Assembly (NCBI GenBank): GCA_951406725.2 | Contig: OX597824.1 | Location: 95,046,001-95,110,000 of the forward strand | DNA length: 64,000 nt | Reading direction: 5' to 3' | Origin: Octopus vulgaris | Lineage: Eukaryota | Shown here: positions 49,813 through 62,939 of the stretch, piece after piece | How the letters are laid out: each line of letters starts with the position of its first letter | Position numbering within the stretch: the first letter of the stretch is position 1 | Translations under genes and position numbers: made by a program | The notes under the pieces: model-generated | Databases searched by the model: none | What the model saw: the letters and a program-made list of their open reading frames with translations, nothing else | Told to the model about the DNA's origin: nothing

Positions 49813-51066
49813 CTGAAAGTGGAATCATATGATTAGCTTGCTATATCTTCAAACTTCACATATTCTTGGACAATAAGAGGTTAACAAACAAAATTAAATG
49901 TCATGTTTATAGGAAATGTGTGTTCTAAAGTCCCATGAGCAACCTTTAACTTTTTCTTTCCAACTGGGTTTTTCAACTGAATGCTTACATTCAAGTGGTT
50001 GTTATAAGGAAGGGCATCCAAACGTAAAAACCATGCTGAAGTCCTCTGGCTTGCTAGCTGGCTTCAAGCCATCCAACCCCTAGCGGCATGGGAAATGGAT
50101 ATTGAATGACGATGATGATGATGATGGCAGTATCATTAGCACACTGGGCGAAATGCTTAGCAACATTTCATCTGCTGTTATGTTCTGAGTTCAAATTCTG
50201 CCGAGGACGACTTTGCCTTTCATCCTTTTGGGGTCGATTAAATAAGTACCAGTTACACACTGGGGTCGATGTAATCAACCTAATCCCTTTGTCTGACCTT
50301 GTTTGTCCCCTCTATGTTTAGCCCCCTATGGGCAATAAAGAAATAGATATTTATATTGGTAAGAAACTCTCAAGAGAGCTGAACAGCAGAAGGTTTACAG
50401 AGAAGAAACCCTCCTCAAGCAAGGGTTTTGGCCCTTAATTTCTTACACTCTTCACATGAAACCATTGGTTGCCTTCTTAACTAACAAATAAAGAATATTT
50501 ATCCACCCATGAAGCACTCATTCTCAATGTTTGATATAAGAGTGTATATATATATGTGTGTGTGTGTATATATATATACATATGTACCAGTGTCGCATAA
50601 CTGGCCCATTTAAACATACTCTTCAGTCACTGGGCAATATGCTGTGCTTGAGAAGACCTGTTAAGTCCAGTGAAATCGTAGTCGTGACCTACGCAAGTGT
50701 GACTTAACTGGCACATAAAAAGCACCACTCAAGCATAGTTGATGCCAGTGCCACCTGACTGGCTCCCTTGCTGGTGGCAAGTAAAAAGCACCACTCAAAT
50801 GTGGTAGATGCCAGTGCCACCGGACTGGCCCCCATGCCGGTGGCACGTAAAAAGCACCCACTACTCTCTCGGAGTGGCTGGCATTAGGAAGGGCATCCAG
50901 CTGTAGAAACCTTGTTGGATCAGATTGGAGCCTGGTGCAGCCTATTGGCTTGCCAGTCCTCAGACAAAATGTCCAACTCATGCCAGCATGGAAAGTGGAC
51001 GTTAGATGATAATGATGATGATGATGATATATATATATCCTCACAGAGGTATCCATGTATATATAC

Positions 51067-51179
51067 CTTTGGTAATTTTTACAAAGTGAACTCCAGATGG
51101 TAGGAAATAATGCTTTTTCTCTTTACAGTAACAAAGACGTCTGAAGCGTGATTGACCTTTAACTAACTTCATTTCCAAC
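51067..51179 (-). CDS. CMTR1: CMTR1 exon (LEMKLVKGQSRFRRLCYCKEKKHYFLPSGVHFVKITK)
   Basis: RLEMK--KG motif; phases 2 and 1 fit both neighbouring exons. Confidence 0.9.
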
Positions 51180-51899
51180 CTGTGAAGGAAAAAAAAAACA
51201 CAAGAAAAATAATTAGATGCAGTGTCCTGACAGTTGTTAACTCACCTTAACCCTTTTGTTACCATATTTCTATTGAAATATATTGTTCTTGTTTAAACTA
51301 ATTTTGAAAATAACAAAGAAGTTAATAAAATAACTTTGTCGTTTGTTAAGTTGACTTTTGGGGTGCAAATTAACATTAAATTTTGATGGAAGTTTTTAAA
51401 TTAAATCACTTTTAAAAAAAAGGGAAAGTGTACAACAAAATCAAAGGTGGTCTCATGTAGGCTGGTATCAAATGGATTAAAGATGAGATTTAAGTTCAAA
51501 AATATATAACTTTACAAAAATAATTATTAGTGATAGAAACAGTATTAATATCAAAGAGCAATCTTTAAATCCAACTTAATATGGATGTTTTATTAGAACA
51601 TCGAATACTGCATTATTTACCTTGAGGGAACTTCTCATGTGGATGCATGGTGCATAAAAGTACACATATATCACTGGCAGACAAGAATCATCTGCTATGG
51701 GCACAGGAAATGCCAGATCACATTATTTTGACATGCTTCGTCTCCTCAGTGGTAGCTGTTTCCTAGCAACACACAGCCAAATCTCACTGCCTCTCTTTAT
51801 TTATTTCAAGGAATTAAATGGTTCCACAAATGCAAATAATACCATTCCTAATACGAACCATATCGAAGAAGTTTCAACATAAAACAAAACCACACTAAC

Positions 51900-52016
51900 C
51901 TGTCAAATATTTTGTGAATTTCTTCCATTCTGTATATTTCAGGCACACTAATTGGGGCTAAATCAGAACGAGTTGTCTTCGTAATGGCCTTTACAAATTT
52001 CTTTAGCCTTTCAATT
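51900..52016 (-). CDS. CMTR1: CMTR1 exon (IERLKKFVKAITKTTRSDLAPISVPEIYRMEEIHKIFDR)
   Basis: Matches KFVKAV-K--R-D--PI-V-E-YR-EE--KIF; donor gttagt. Confidence 0.92.
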
Positions 52017-52460
52017 CTGAAAATATTAATAATATACAATATAGATTAGTTAAAAATAAGTAAACATTTTGCCTTCCTTCATTCAGATTCCAAATGAAAT
52101 ATAAACTTTACTGTGGCACATTGGCTTCCATAGATACAACCAGGGCAAATATCTTCTGCTATACTATGACCAAAGCCTTGAGAGGGAATGGAAACTAAAA
52201 GAAGCCCATTGTGTGTGTGTCTAATTGTATGCATGTGTGTGTGTGTGATGTGTATCTGTGTATGTTCGTTTTTGTGCTTGTTCCCTGTTGCCACTTGACA
52301 ACCCGTGCTGGTTTGCTTATCTCCCCGGAATTTAGCAGTTTGGCGAAGGAAACTGATAGAATAAATACCAGACTTAAAAAAAACATGTACTGAGGTCAAT
52401 CTGTTTCACTAAAACCCGTCAAAGCAGTCCAATGACTGCTAAAAAATACATAACAAAATA

Positions 52461-53050
52461 ACAGTTCTATATTTTGGGGAATGAAGAATCCTTTACATTA
52501 TTTACATTATTTACATTGGACATATATGTGTCCTCATCTTGTTTGTCATTACCACGTTTCAGCTGATTTACTCTCCAGCCTTCATCAGTCGTCGTCGTTG
52601 CCGCCGCCACCGTCATCGTCATCATCATCATCATCATCATCCTCCTCATCATCGTTTAACGTTCGTTTTCCATGCTAGCATGGGTTGGACAGTTCGACCA
52701 GGGTCTGGGAAGCCAGGAGGCTGCACCAGGCTCCAGTCTGATCTGGCAAGGTTTCTACAGCTGGATGCCCTTCCTAACACCAACCACTCCGTGAGTGTAG
52801 TGGGTGCTTTTTACATGCCACTCGCACAGGAGCCAGAGGAGGCTGACTAATGGCCACGATTAGTTGTTGCTTTTATGTGTCACCGACATGGACATCAGTC
52901 AGGCGCTGGTAGAATTTTGAATCCAGGAATGAGAACCCAGGCTTGGGTTCAAAATCCTAGCAGGACACCTGATGAAGGCTGGAGAGTGAATCAGCTGAAA
53001 TGTTATGGTAACAGGAAACAAGATGAGGACACATATCCATCAAATGTAAA
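52461..53050. mobile_element. Second copy of the hammerhead fold-back family, centre replaced by an RTE-3' element
   Basis: Arms 52461-52588 (-) and ~52925-53050 (+) are homologous to 4192-4958; CTGATGA at 52588-52582 and 52969-52975. Confidence 0.7.
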
Positions 53051-53151
53051 AAAAGTAACAATCAATATTTCCAAAACCAGTGAAATCAAATGAATTTCTC
53101 TTTGCTTCAAAACAACAACACTATTTATCAGAATAAATAGGAGCAACTTAC

Positions 53152-53243
53152 CGTTCATTGAAATGTAGTTTCTGTACATTGTCACCACAGAGAAAATAGG
53201 CATCTAAAACATGGACTGTCATTTGTTTTTTCTGTCCCTTTCC
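53152..53243 (-). CDS. CMTR1: CMTR1 exon (GKGQKKQMTVHVLDAYFLCGDNVQKLHFNER)
   Basis: H-LD---L-G--V---HFN-R motif; canonical splice sites. Confidence 0.92.
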
Positions 53244-54139
53244 CTAAGTGTAACAAAAAAAAAAAAAAAAACCATCAGAAAATAATATTATTTTCAAACA
53301 ACAACAACAACAACAACAACCATTTAACGTCCTATTTTCCATGCTGAACGTCTTGATAGGAACTGGCAAGGCCAGGGGCTGCACCAGGTTCCAATTGTCT
53401 GCTTTGGCTTGCCATTTTAGTGAGACCGTTATTTGCCACGACTGCGATTTTACTTGGTTTGATGGGTCTTCTTTTCAAGCAAGACATAAAGCCAAAGGTC
53501 TCGGTCATTGCTTCCGTGAAGCCCAACGCTAAAAAGAAGAAACTCATGGTCTCAGAATTCAATAAAGATTTGATCATGAAACGGTTGAAGAGATTAACCA
53601 TCAGCTGGATGCCCTTCCTAATGCCAACCACTTTCCAACATTAGTTTAACAAATGAAAATAGTTATCTTATTAAATCCTTGAAGGTTCATTTAACATCCG
53701 TTGTCTATGCTGGCATGGGTTGGACAGTTTGACCAGGGCTGACAAGCTGGAAGACTGCACCAGACTCCAGTCTAATTTGGCACAGTTTCTAGGGCTGGAT
53801 GCCCTTCCTAACACCAACCACTCAAAGAGTGTAATGAGTGCTTTTACATGACACCAGCATGGGTGCCATTTGCGTGACACCAGTACGTGCCACAATTGCA
53901 ATTTTGCCCAGTTTGAAGGGTCTTCTTCTCAAGCACAGCATAATGCCAAAAGTCTCAGTCATTGCCTCCATAAGGCCCAACACTCAAAAGGAGCTTTTCA
54001 CATGCCACCTGTATCACCCACTTTGCCTCTGAGAGGACCAATGCTAAAAAAAGCTCACGGTCTCAAAATTGGAAAAAAAATTTGATCATGAAAGGTCAAA
54101 AAGATTAACCATCAAAGAAAGATGCTGTATGTTACTCAC

Positions 54140-54271
54140 TTCTCCTTGGAATTCCTGGACAATCTCAGCTTCTAATAAAGTCTCTGAAGGTAATTCAATA
54201 TGAATTTGTTTATCTTCAATCTTACACCAATTACTGCTTTGATTACCATTCCAAAAGCAAACATGTCCCCT
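54140..54271 (-). CDS. CMTR1: CMTR1 exon (RGHVCFWNGNQSSNWCKIEDKQIHIELPSETLLEAEIVQEFQGE)
   Basis: ELP--TLL--EIV-E--GE motif; donor gtgagt. Confidence 0.92.
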
Positions 54272-54972
54272 CTGGAAAGAAAAAGAAAGGAAAATGGCAT
54301 TAGTTATAATCCAACGAAATATGTGTTTAGTTACATCACATAATATCAGCCAGACTATCGGATGTTGTTAGACATCACTGGCAGAAATGTTAGCACACTG
54401 GATGAAATGCTTAGCAGTATTTCGTCTGCTGTTACATAATTAATACAAAACAAAGCAAATAAATAAGCTTATATCATTGCCAGTGCCGCCTGACTGGGTC
54501 CCGTGCCAGTGGTACGTAAAAAGCACCATTTGAGTGTGGTCAATGCCAGTGGTACGTAAAAAGCACCATTCAAGCATGGTTGTTGCCAGTGCCACCTGAC
54601 TGGCTCACTAGCCGGTGGCACATAAAAAGCACCATTCAAGTGTGGCTGATGCCAGTACCACCTAACTGGCCCTTGTGCCATTGACATGTAAAAAGCACCC
54701 ACTACACTCTCGGAATGGCTGGCATTAGGAAGGGCATCCAGCTGTAGAAATATTGCCAGATCAGATTGGAGCCTGGTGCAACCTACTGGAATACCAGCCC
54801 TCAGTCAAACCGTCCAACCCATGCCAGCATGGAAAGCAGACGTTAAACGATGATGACAATGATGATGATATATTTGACAGAGTAATCTGAACACTAAAGG
54901 GTTAAATTATTGTCAGAAAACTATGAGGAGAGATATTATAACAAAGAAAACATGACAGAAAAGAAAACTTAC

Positions 54973-55104
54973 CCCAAGTCCTAAAATAAAATAACGATTT
55001 TCACTTCCAGTTACATAACATCGATAATCATACAAGCTTTTTACAGTTTTCAGTTTAGCAGGATTTAAATCTTCATACGTCAAATGATACATGTTACAAT
55101 CTTC
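54973..55104 (-). CDS. CMTR1: CMTR1 exon (EDCNMYHLTYEDLNPAKLKTVKSLYDYRCYVTGSENRYFILGLG)
   Basis: DYRC-V-GSE...GLG motif of the guanylyltransferase-like domain; 132-nt phase 0-0 exon. Confidence 0.92.
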
Positions 55105-55790
55105 CTGCAATTAAAAGAAGACACTTATACATTAATTACAATTTCATATTTTGCCTTCCTTCTTTTCTTTGTTTGTCATTTGAGTGCAGCCATGCTGGAG
55201 TACTGCCTTTAGTCGAACAAATCAACCCCAGAACTTATTCTTTAGAAGTATTTATTCTATCGGTCTTTTTTGCCGAACCTCTAAGTTACGAGGATGTAAA
55301 CACACCAACATCAGTTGTCAAGCGATGGTGGAGGGACAAACACACACACAAACATATATATATACATATTTTAATTTCCGTCTACCAAATTCACTCACAA
55401 TGCTTTGGTTGACCCGAGGCTATTGTAGAAGACTCTTGCCCAAGATGCCACAAAGTGGAACTGAACCCAGAACTTTGTGGTTGGGAAGCAAGCTTCTTAC
55501 CACACAGCCATGCTTTTTTAAACAGTGAAACATGTTCTTCTTTCATTAAAGGATATTTTAACTAAAATATTTGATTTCTTTTCTGAATATTAGTTAGTGG
55601 TCTCTGTTCATCCTGGAGGATTTTTTTTTTGTTCCACATAGAATTCTGCAATGTGAAGACTTAAAAGTCCTGCTCTTTCTATCAACATTCCAACACCTTA
55701 AGCAATGACTCTCTCTATCTCACTGATATTTACTTCAAGGAAAGTGAAAAAAACCAAAAAATGTAAAATTAAGTTCCTTTAACTCCTTAC

Positions 55791-55859
55791 CTCCATCAGC
55801 TTTGAAAATATAATGCTTGGGTTTCCTTTCGCTGGAGCAACTCTCACATTATCAGGAAT
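55791..55859 (-). CDS. CMTR1: CMTR1 exon (IPDNVRVAPAKGNPSIIFSKLME)
   Basis: IPD--RVAP motif; canonical splice sites. Confidence 0.9.
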
Positions 55860-56031
55860 CTAGAATAATAATAATAAAAACAGAATAATAACAAGGAGGC
55901 AGAGGATGAGGAGTGGTGATGATGACAAAGATGATAGTGATGGTGGGGGGAAAGAGAGCAAAGAGAGACAGAGAAAAGAAGGAGGAGGGAAGTTATTGAG
56001 ACTGCGAAATGGTTAGCCAAAGCACAATTAC

Positions 56032-56089
56032 CTTCCATAGTTGCAAACACTGCTTTCTGATATCTTTCTGAGAATATTCATGACGATTG
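56032..56089 (-). CDS. CMTR1: CMTR1 exon (NRHEYSQKDIRKQCLQLWK)
   Basis: Matches Q-EIRKECL-LW; phase consistent. Confidence 0.9.
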
Positions 56090-56396
56090 CTAAAACAGTG
56101 GAAGAAAAGAAGGAATTAAATTGGGAAAGAATTCATCGAAAACAAGGAATTTCTTTCAAACAGTTTTTATATTCAATTCTCCATACGACTAGTTTATAGA
56201 TTGGATGATGATGAAGATAATTTAAATATTCAGGCGTAGGAGTGGCTGTGTGGTAAGTAGCTTGCTTACCAACCACATGGTTCCGGGTTCAGTCTCACAG
56301 CGTGGCACCTTGAGCAAGTGTCTTCTACTATAGCCTTGGGCTGACCAAAGCCTTGTGAGTGGATTTGTTAGACGGAAACTGAGAGAAGTCATATGT

Positions 56397-56536
<140 letters not shown>

Positions 56537-56616
56537 ATTTGTGTGTCTGTGTTTGTCCCCACCAACATCGCTTGTACAGATGCAGTTAGAAAACATTCTC
56601 AATTCTAAGAACTTAC

Positions 56617-56673
56617 GTGTCTAAGGCAAAAGCATGGATTTTCCTTAGATTATTAATCTGTTTCCTTGCCAAG
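56617..56673 (-). CDS. CMTR1: CMTR1 exon ([18 protein letters not shown])
   Basis: 57-nt exon with QI--L-KIHAF motif; canonical splice sites. Confidence 0.9.
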
Positions 56674-57533
56674 CTGAAAAAAAAAACACGAAAAAGAAAA
56701 CCATTTAAAAAATTATTAAATACCAATTCCAGTGCTGAAGAAATATTACTCAACAACAAAAATCAATAAATTTGAAAAATGTTTTATTTCATTATCTTAA
56801 AGCACAAAAATATACTTAATTGCTTTTCTTAACCCTTTAATATTCAAACTGGCCATATCTGGCCCAAATATTCTACCATTTTATGTTGAAACCAGCCAGA
56901 TCAGGCCTTTTGCACCTGCCCTACAATGTTTTCTAAAAGTAAACGATCATGTAAGTGAAATCCCAAAGCTGTGAGATAATCCACGATTATTTTCGGGGTC
57001 GATAAATTAAGTACCGGTTACACACTGGGGTTGATGTAATCGACTTAATCCGTTTGTCTGTTCTTGTTTGTCCCCTCTGTGTTTAGCCCCTTGTGGGTAG
57101 TAAAGAAATAGATAATCCAAGATTATCTCAAAGCAATGTGAATAATATATAAGCATTTCACTGAGTAATCTAAATACTAAAGGGTTAATCTCTGTAAATG
57201 TTTTGTGCACTGAACTTGTATGTTTTAATTAATTTTAATTACGTTTTAATTAATTATGCTGCATGAGAGGAAACCAATATTTACAGTCACATGTAGCATT
57301 GTCTCAGAGAGTAAAAGTGCAACACTAAAAATGGTGGTGCTGTGCTTAGAAGGATTTCTCTGGAAAATTCTCTGACGCTCCAGCATGGCCACAGTCAAAT
57401 GACTGAAACAATTTTACTTCACATCAAGAATTTTACAAACCTAATACAAAAACGAACCAGTTTTATGATTTATGTTTATAAGGGCAAAAACAAAAACTAC
57501 AAGACAACAGAATAACAAAACGTTTCTACTTAC

Positions 57534-57713
57534 AGATCGTTAGAACTTCTGATATAGTCATAAAATCTACCATCCAGAAGTGTCTCCAGAGGTACAATAT
57601 CATTGATATCAGTTTCATCATCATCATCCATCTGCAACAATTCCTGATTAATTTCATGCAAGTATTGTTTTATTGGCTCTGCATCTGTACGCAATGCCTT
57701 ACAGACGATATAC
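57534..57713 (-). CDS. CMTR1: CMTR1 exon (YIVCKALRTDAEPIKQYLHEINQELLQMDDDDETDINDIVPLETLLDGRFYDYIRSSND)
   Basis: 180-nt phase 2-2 exon; aligns with CMTR1 YVVCK...VVPLE...DYMIRSNE. Confidence 0.93.
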
Positions 57714-58440
57714 CTGTAAAATGGAAAATGTCACACAACATAGTTAGTTATTCAAACAAGATGCCTTCGATTCATAAAGGCAGCTGGTCTACAAATGAAA
57801 AAAAAAAAGTTTGAAAATTAAGAGTAAACAGAGGTTTACCCATTGTTACCATTGATAATCTTCATTTAAAAAGAAAAAAAAGTTGTTATACATCGTTGTC
57901 TTCATCATTTAATGTCTGTTTTCCATGCTGGCGTGAGTTGGACGGTTTGACTGGAGACTGGGAAGCCGGGAGGCTGCACCAGGTTCCAGTCTGATCTGGC
58001 AGTGTTTCTGCAGCTGGATGCCCTTTCTAATGCCAGCCGCTCCGAGAGTGTAGTGGGTGCTTTTTACGTGCCACCGGCACAGGACCAGTCAGGTGGCACT
58101 GGCATCAACCACACTCGAATGGTGCTTTTTATGTGCCACTGGCACGGGACCAGTCAAGAGACACTGACAATGGCCACACTTGAACGGTGCTTTTTACGTG
58201 TCACCAGCATGGGTGCCAGTCAGGCGGTACTGGCATCAGCAACGATTGCCCAGTGATTGGAGGGTACTCTTAAATGGGCTGGTTATGCTGCACTGGCATA
58301 GGCCATGGTAACGGTCTCACTTGGCTTGCCAGGTCTTCTCAAGCACAGCATATCTCCAAAGGAGTAATGTATTTTCAAAAATAGCTAGGTAGGGAAAGCA
58401 AAAGAAAAATATGATTAAAGAAAATAAAATCAGAAAATAC

Positions 58441-58573
58441 CGTTCGGAGTTTGCAGGACGGCTGGTAACTGGCTTGAAAATTGCAACTTGGTGGAAAGCC
58501 CGATACATTAAGTAGACCAGACCAACGCTGAACGGTGTGAAGATATCGAATAACTTACACACAAAATGGCCAT
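58441..58573 (-). CDS. CMTR1: CMTR1 exon ([44 protein letters not shown]); contains catalytic Lys and Glu
   Basis: FxCK-FD and [11 protein letters not shown] motifs; acceptor ttcag, donor gtattt. Confidence 0.97.
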
Positions 58574-59601
58574 CTGAAATAAAACAAAACAAAATAATAG
58601 TGGAAAGAAGGTAATTTTAATGGGAAAACTAAACAGAGATTTGTTCAAAGGTTTTGTTTTCATGATGTAATAGTAACATCCTGTACCATATTTAAGTCTT
58701 GGTCTGCATCATCATCATCATCATCATCATTTAACATCCATTGTCCACGCTCTCATGGGTTGGATGGTTTGACCAGGACTGGTAAGCTGGACGGCTGCAC
58801 CAGATTCTAGTCTGATTTGGCATGGTTTTCTACGGATAGATGCCCTTCATAACGCTAACCACTCCAAGAGTATAATGGGTGCTTTTAAGTGCCATTTGTG
58901 TGACACCAGTATCTGCCATGACTGTGATTTTGCTCGGCTGATCAACTGGCCACCCACCTCCCCCAAAATTTCAGGCCTTGTGCCTAAAGTAGGAAAGTAT
59001 TTACTTCATAAAAGGCAGCAAGCAGGCAGAATGGTTGGCTGAGCAAAAGGCTTAACAGCAATTTGATCTGTCTTTACATTCTGAGTTGAAATTCCTCAGG
59101 GGTCAACTTTGCCTTTCATTTTCTCAGGGTTGATAAAATGAGTACCAACTGAGCATGGGGGTAGGGGTGGGGGAAATGTAACCGACTTACCCCCTCCTCT
59201 GTAATTTCTAGACTTGTACCAAAATTAGAAACCAACATTTATCTGATATTCTAAAAGATACAATTTGTTTTGTAGATCTTTCTTTTTACCCAGTCAGGCC
59301 TAATTAGGGTGATAATGACCAAAAAACCAGTCGTATTGGGTTGCATATTACCAACAGCACTACAGAACAAACTGACATCAGCACTCAACAGACAAGAACA
59401 ACTCCCACCCTGAATCCTGGCTTTGTTTCTGATGTGAATGAAACGGGGTTTTACTGGTTGCACATCCCTTGTGAGACAAGGTACTTAGATTCGTTGAAAA
59501 ACAGATCCTACCTTTGCAGCTATGATTCAGCTAGACAGGGGTGGTTCTGTCTATGGGAAAATAGCCAACAAAATCACTAAATGAAAAAAGGGATGTCTTA
59601 C

Positions 59602-59698
59602 CATCTCTTAATACTAACAAGGCTGTGAGAAATTGGCACAAATAAAGTTGTTTAGATAAAATCTCCTGTATGTTCTCTTGTCCTTCCACAGAGAATCC
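59602..59698 (-). CDS. CMTR1: CMTR1 exon ([32 protein letters not shown])
   Basis: Near-identical to CMTR1 [22 protein letters not shown]; canonical splice sites. Confidence 0.96.
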
Positions 59699-60246
59699 CT
59701 GAAAAATATAATGGAAGTCTGTTATTTAAACTGAGAATATTTAGTATAATTAATAAGAAAATATATGCATTAATTTTATGAATGATAATAATATGAAGAT
59801 AAATTATGTCACTTTCAAAGATAAGTGTTAACACATAAAATTATAAATATTATTAAAAATCCATTGGATAGAAAAAACATAAAGGCTTTTTACAGATACG
59901 GGTTCAAATCCCTCAATTTTTTTCTATCGAAAGGGGTTTTAAACCCAATATCTACATGTTATTATAGCTTTATCTATGTCTGGTTCGACCATTAAAAACA
60001 AATTATATCACACTCCCTCAAAGTTTCTAACTTCTTATGAGGTAAAGAATATAAAATTACATTTTAAACTTCTGTTGTTATTATCATCATCGCTTAACGT
60101 CCGTTTTCCATGCTAGCATGGGTTGGACGGTTTAACTGTGGACTGGGAAGCAAGGAGGTTGCACCAGGCTCTACCCAAACCCCTAAACCACACACCTTCA
60201 CAAGATACATCTAACATCCAATTCCATCTCAAAACACGATACTTAC

Positions 60247-60356
60247 TCCATCCGCCATCACAAAATGTACTCCTTTGTTTTCTGTATTCTCCTTCACAAA
60301 TTTTTCAAAAGCTTTTTGGTTTTCTGTTTTGTATATATCTCCCGTACCGTCAGCAC
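60247..60356 (-). CDS. CMTR1: CMTR1 exon ([36 protein letters not shown]); contains the catalytic Asp
   Basis: GVHF-MADG motif; canonical splice sites; phase consistent. Confidence 0.95.
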
Positions 60357-61450
60357 CTTAAAGAAGAGAATTGACGAAGAATGCATTTATGCTTATTATT
60401 AGCATCATCATCATCATCAATAACAGTGTCATACAAGATGTTCGAAGAAACATTAATTATAATTGATGTAATTATGAACGATGTAATGATAATCAAGATT
60501 ATTTTAGATGAGGGATCATTTGTGGTGCACCTGAGCACTGTATACAATAATTTCATTATTATATTATTACCAGAGCGGCTAACTGGCTTCCGTGCCAGTG
60601 GCACGTAAAAGGGCACCATTCGAGTGTGATCATTGCCAGCGTCGCCTTACTGGCACATGAAAAAGCTGTTGAGCGAGGTCATTCATTGCCAGTGCCACTC
60701 GACTGGCCCCTGTGCAGATGGCATGTAAAAAACACCATTTTGGGCGTGGCCATTGCCAGTACCACCAAACTGGCCCTTGTGTCGGTGGCACGTAAAAACA
60801 CCCACTACACTCTCGGAGTGGTTGGCGTTAGGAAGAGCATCAAGCTGTAGAAACTCTGCCATCAGATTGGAGTCTGGTGCAGCCATCTGGTTCGCCAGTC
60901 CTCAGTCAAATCGTCCAACCCATGCTAGCATGGAAAGCAGACGTTAAACGATGATGATGATTATCAGGATTAAAAGACAAAGAAAATGTATTGGATAAAC
61001 ATGATAAAAAGAAGTTGGGGGAAAAAAGAACGAGATAGGAAGTAAATATATGTGAAGATCTGTGCCAATGCCATGGATAAAACCCATGCCAGCGCTACAT
61101 AAAAAGCATCCGCACCAGTGCCATGTGAAGAGCACCCGTACTGGTGCCATGTATAAAGTACCCATTTTGGTGCAATGTAACAGCACTGGTGCTGGTTCCA
61201 CACAAAAAGCACCCAGTACATTCTGTAAAGTAGTTGGCATTAGGAAGGGCATCCAACCCTAGAAACCATGCTAAAACAGACAATTGGACCCTGGTGCAGC
61301 TCTCCATCTGGCCAGTTCCCATCAAACAGCCCAATGCATGCCAGCATAGAGAACAGGCATTAAATGTTGTTGATGATGATGATCAGAATAAAGAAGAATC
61401 ATTATAGCTAAAACAGATAGTTAAATAGATTACTATCAAGCGAAACTCAC

Positions 61451-61643
61451 CATAATGTGGTTCAAACATCTCACTGGGACCAGCAAAAAATTCTTCAAGT
61501 TTAAAATCATTGCATTCCCGCAAAGTTAAGCCGAACCCCTTTGCATCCCCTTTTCGTCTCCACAAAACATATTCACTGAAGCCACCAGGTCCGGCACAAA
61601 TGTCAGCAAAATAGAGCAAACTGTTTGAAGAAACCAATGGCTG
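61451..61643 (-). CDS. CMTR1: CMTR1 exon with the SAM-binding motif ([22 protein letters not shown]...FEPHYG)
   Basis: FtsJ/RrmJ-type DxCAGPGGF motif; acceptor cacag, donor gtgagt. Confidence 0.97.
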
Positions 61644-61766
61644 CTGTGAATGGAAGAGAAAGAACAAATGGAGACGGAATTATTTAGACACAGAAGAGAC
61701 AAGATGTCTGGTGAATGGGTAATATAAAAAGAACAGAAATTGAAATTATTGGAAAATTTATCTTAC

Positions 61767-61839
61767 CCCAGTTTTAGATTTTGGTTGAGTTAACATGAAG
61801 TCACAAACAGCATCAATGTTGGACATCTTCATAGCTGCT
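61767..61839 (-). CDS. CMTR1: CMTR1 exon (AAMKMSNIDAVCDFMLTQPKSKTG); contains the first catalytic Lys
   Basis: 73-nt exon with consistent phase; RAAMKM motif. Confidence 0.94.
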
Positions 61840-62772
61840 CTGGAATATTAAAACACGATCATATTATGTATGATATACTGGAAAATTACTCTTTTAAATA
61901 AAATATAAATAAAAATAACAAAAAAAGTGGAAATTTTACCGGTGAGTGTGTTAAATTATAAGGCACAAAAAGAAAATGACTCTCCCCAGACACAACAGCA
62001 CACTCTTTTACTTTTTTCAGTCATTTGGTTGTGGCCATGCTGGTGCACTGCCTTTTTAGTCAAGCAAATTGACCCCAGGACTTATTCTTTGTAAGCCTAG
62101 TACTTATTCTATTGGTCTCTTTTGCCGAACTGCTAAGTTACGGGGAGGTAAACACACCAGCATCAGTTGTCAATGTTGGGGGGACAAACACAGACACACA
62201 AACACACACAGTTTCCGTCTACCAAATCCACTCACAAGGCTTTGGTTGGCCCAAGGTTATAGTAGAAGACACCTGCCCAAGGTGCCATTCAAATTTAAAT
62301 CCACACATTACTGAAGTTTTTAAAATTCACATAAGGAAATAGTTTAACTCTTCAGCATTTAAACTGGCCATACCTGGCCCATATATTCCACCTGTTTTAT
62401 GTTCAAACTGGCCACATCTGGTCTCTCACACCTAACCTACAATGTCATTCTAAAGCTAAAACAATCACATCATTATAATCTTGAAGCTTCGAGATGATGG
62501 ATAGTTAATTCAAAACAATGTTAATAAATAAGCTTTACATTTGACAGATTAATATGAATGATAAAGGGTTAGGCCTTAAGAAGCTAATCTAAGCAGCAGG
62601 TATTTAGAAAATTCAAGATTCATTCTTTCTCTCAAAACACAAGGTTTTAATTCACTTTTAATTTGTCTCTGATATTCAATACTTTAAATATTGATCAGAC
62701 AGATTGAAAAAATGTTCCAACCAAAGAAACTTATTCTACAGACTAATTTAAACCTGAGTTCATGTTTCTTAC

Positions 62773-62867
62773 CTATTTTGAAAAATAACACCTCGTATTG
62801 TTTCATAAGGGTTAGATCTTGAGCGAGCTTTACGCATCTCTTCACTTTCCAGTTCATCAAAAATGTT
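62773..62867 (-). CDS. CMTR1: CMTR1 exon, first in window ([32 protein letters not shown])
   Basis: ag/gtaag boundaries. Matches CMTR1 [31 protein letters not shown]. Confidence 0.95.
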
Positions 62868-62939
62868 CTGACAAAATAAATAAATAAATATAAATAAATG
62901 AACAAAAACCATCATTAGAACATATATACAAATTTAGAG

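Noticed and set aside
51621-51847. Extra CMTR1 exon or intronic snoRNA (flanked by AG...GT on the - strand)
   Set aside because: Its length is not a multiple of three, it has no CMTR1 similarity, the neighbouring exons already join in frame, and no convincing C/D or H/ACA structure is visible.
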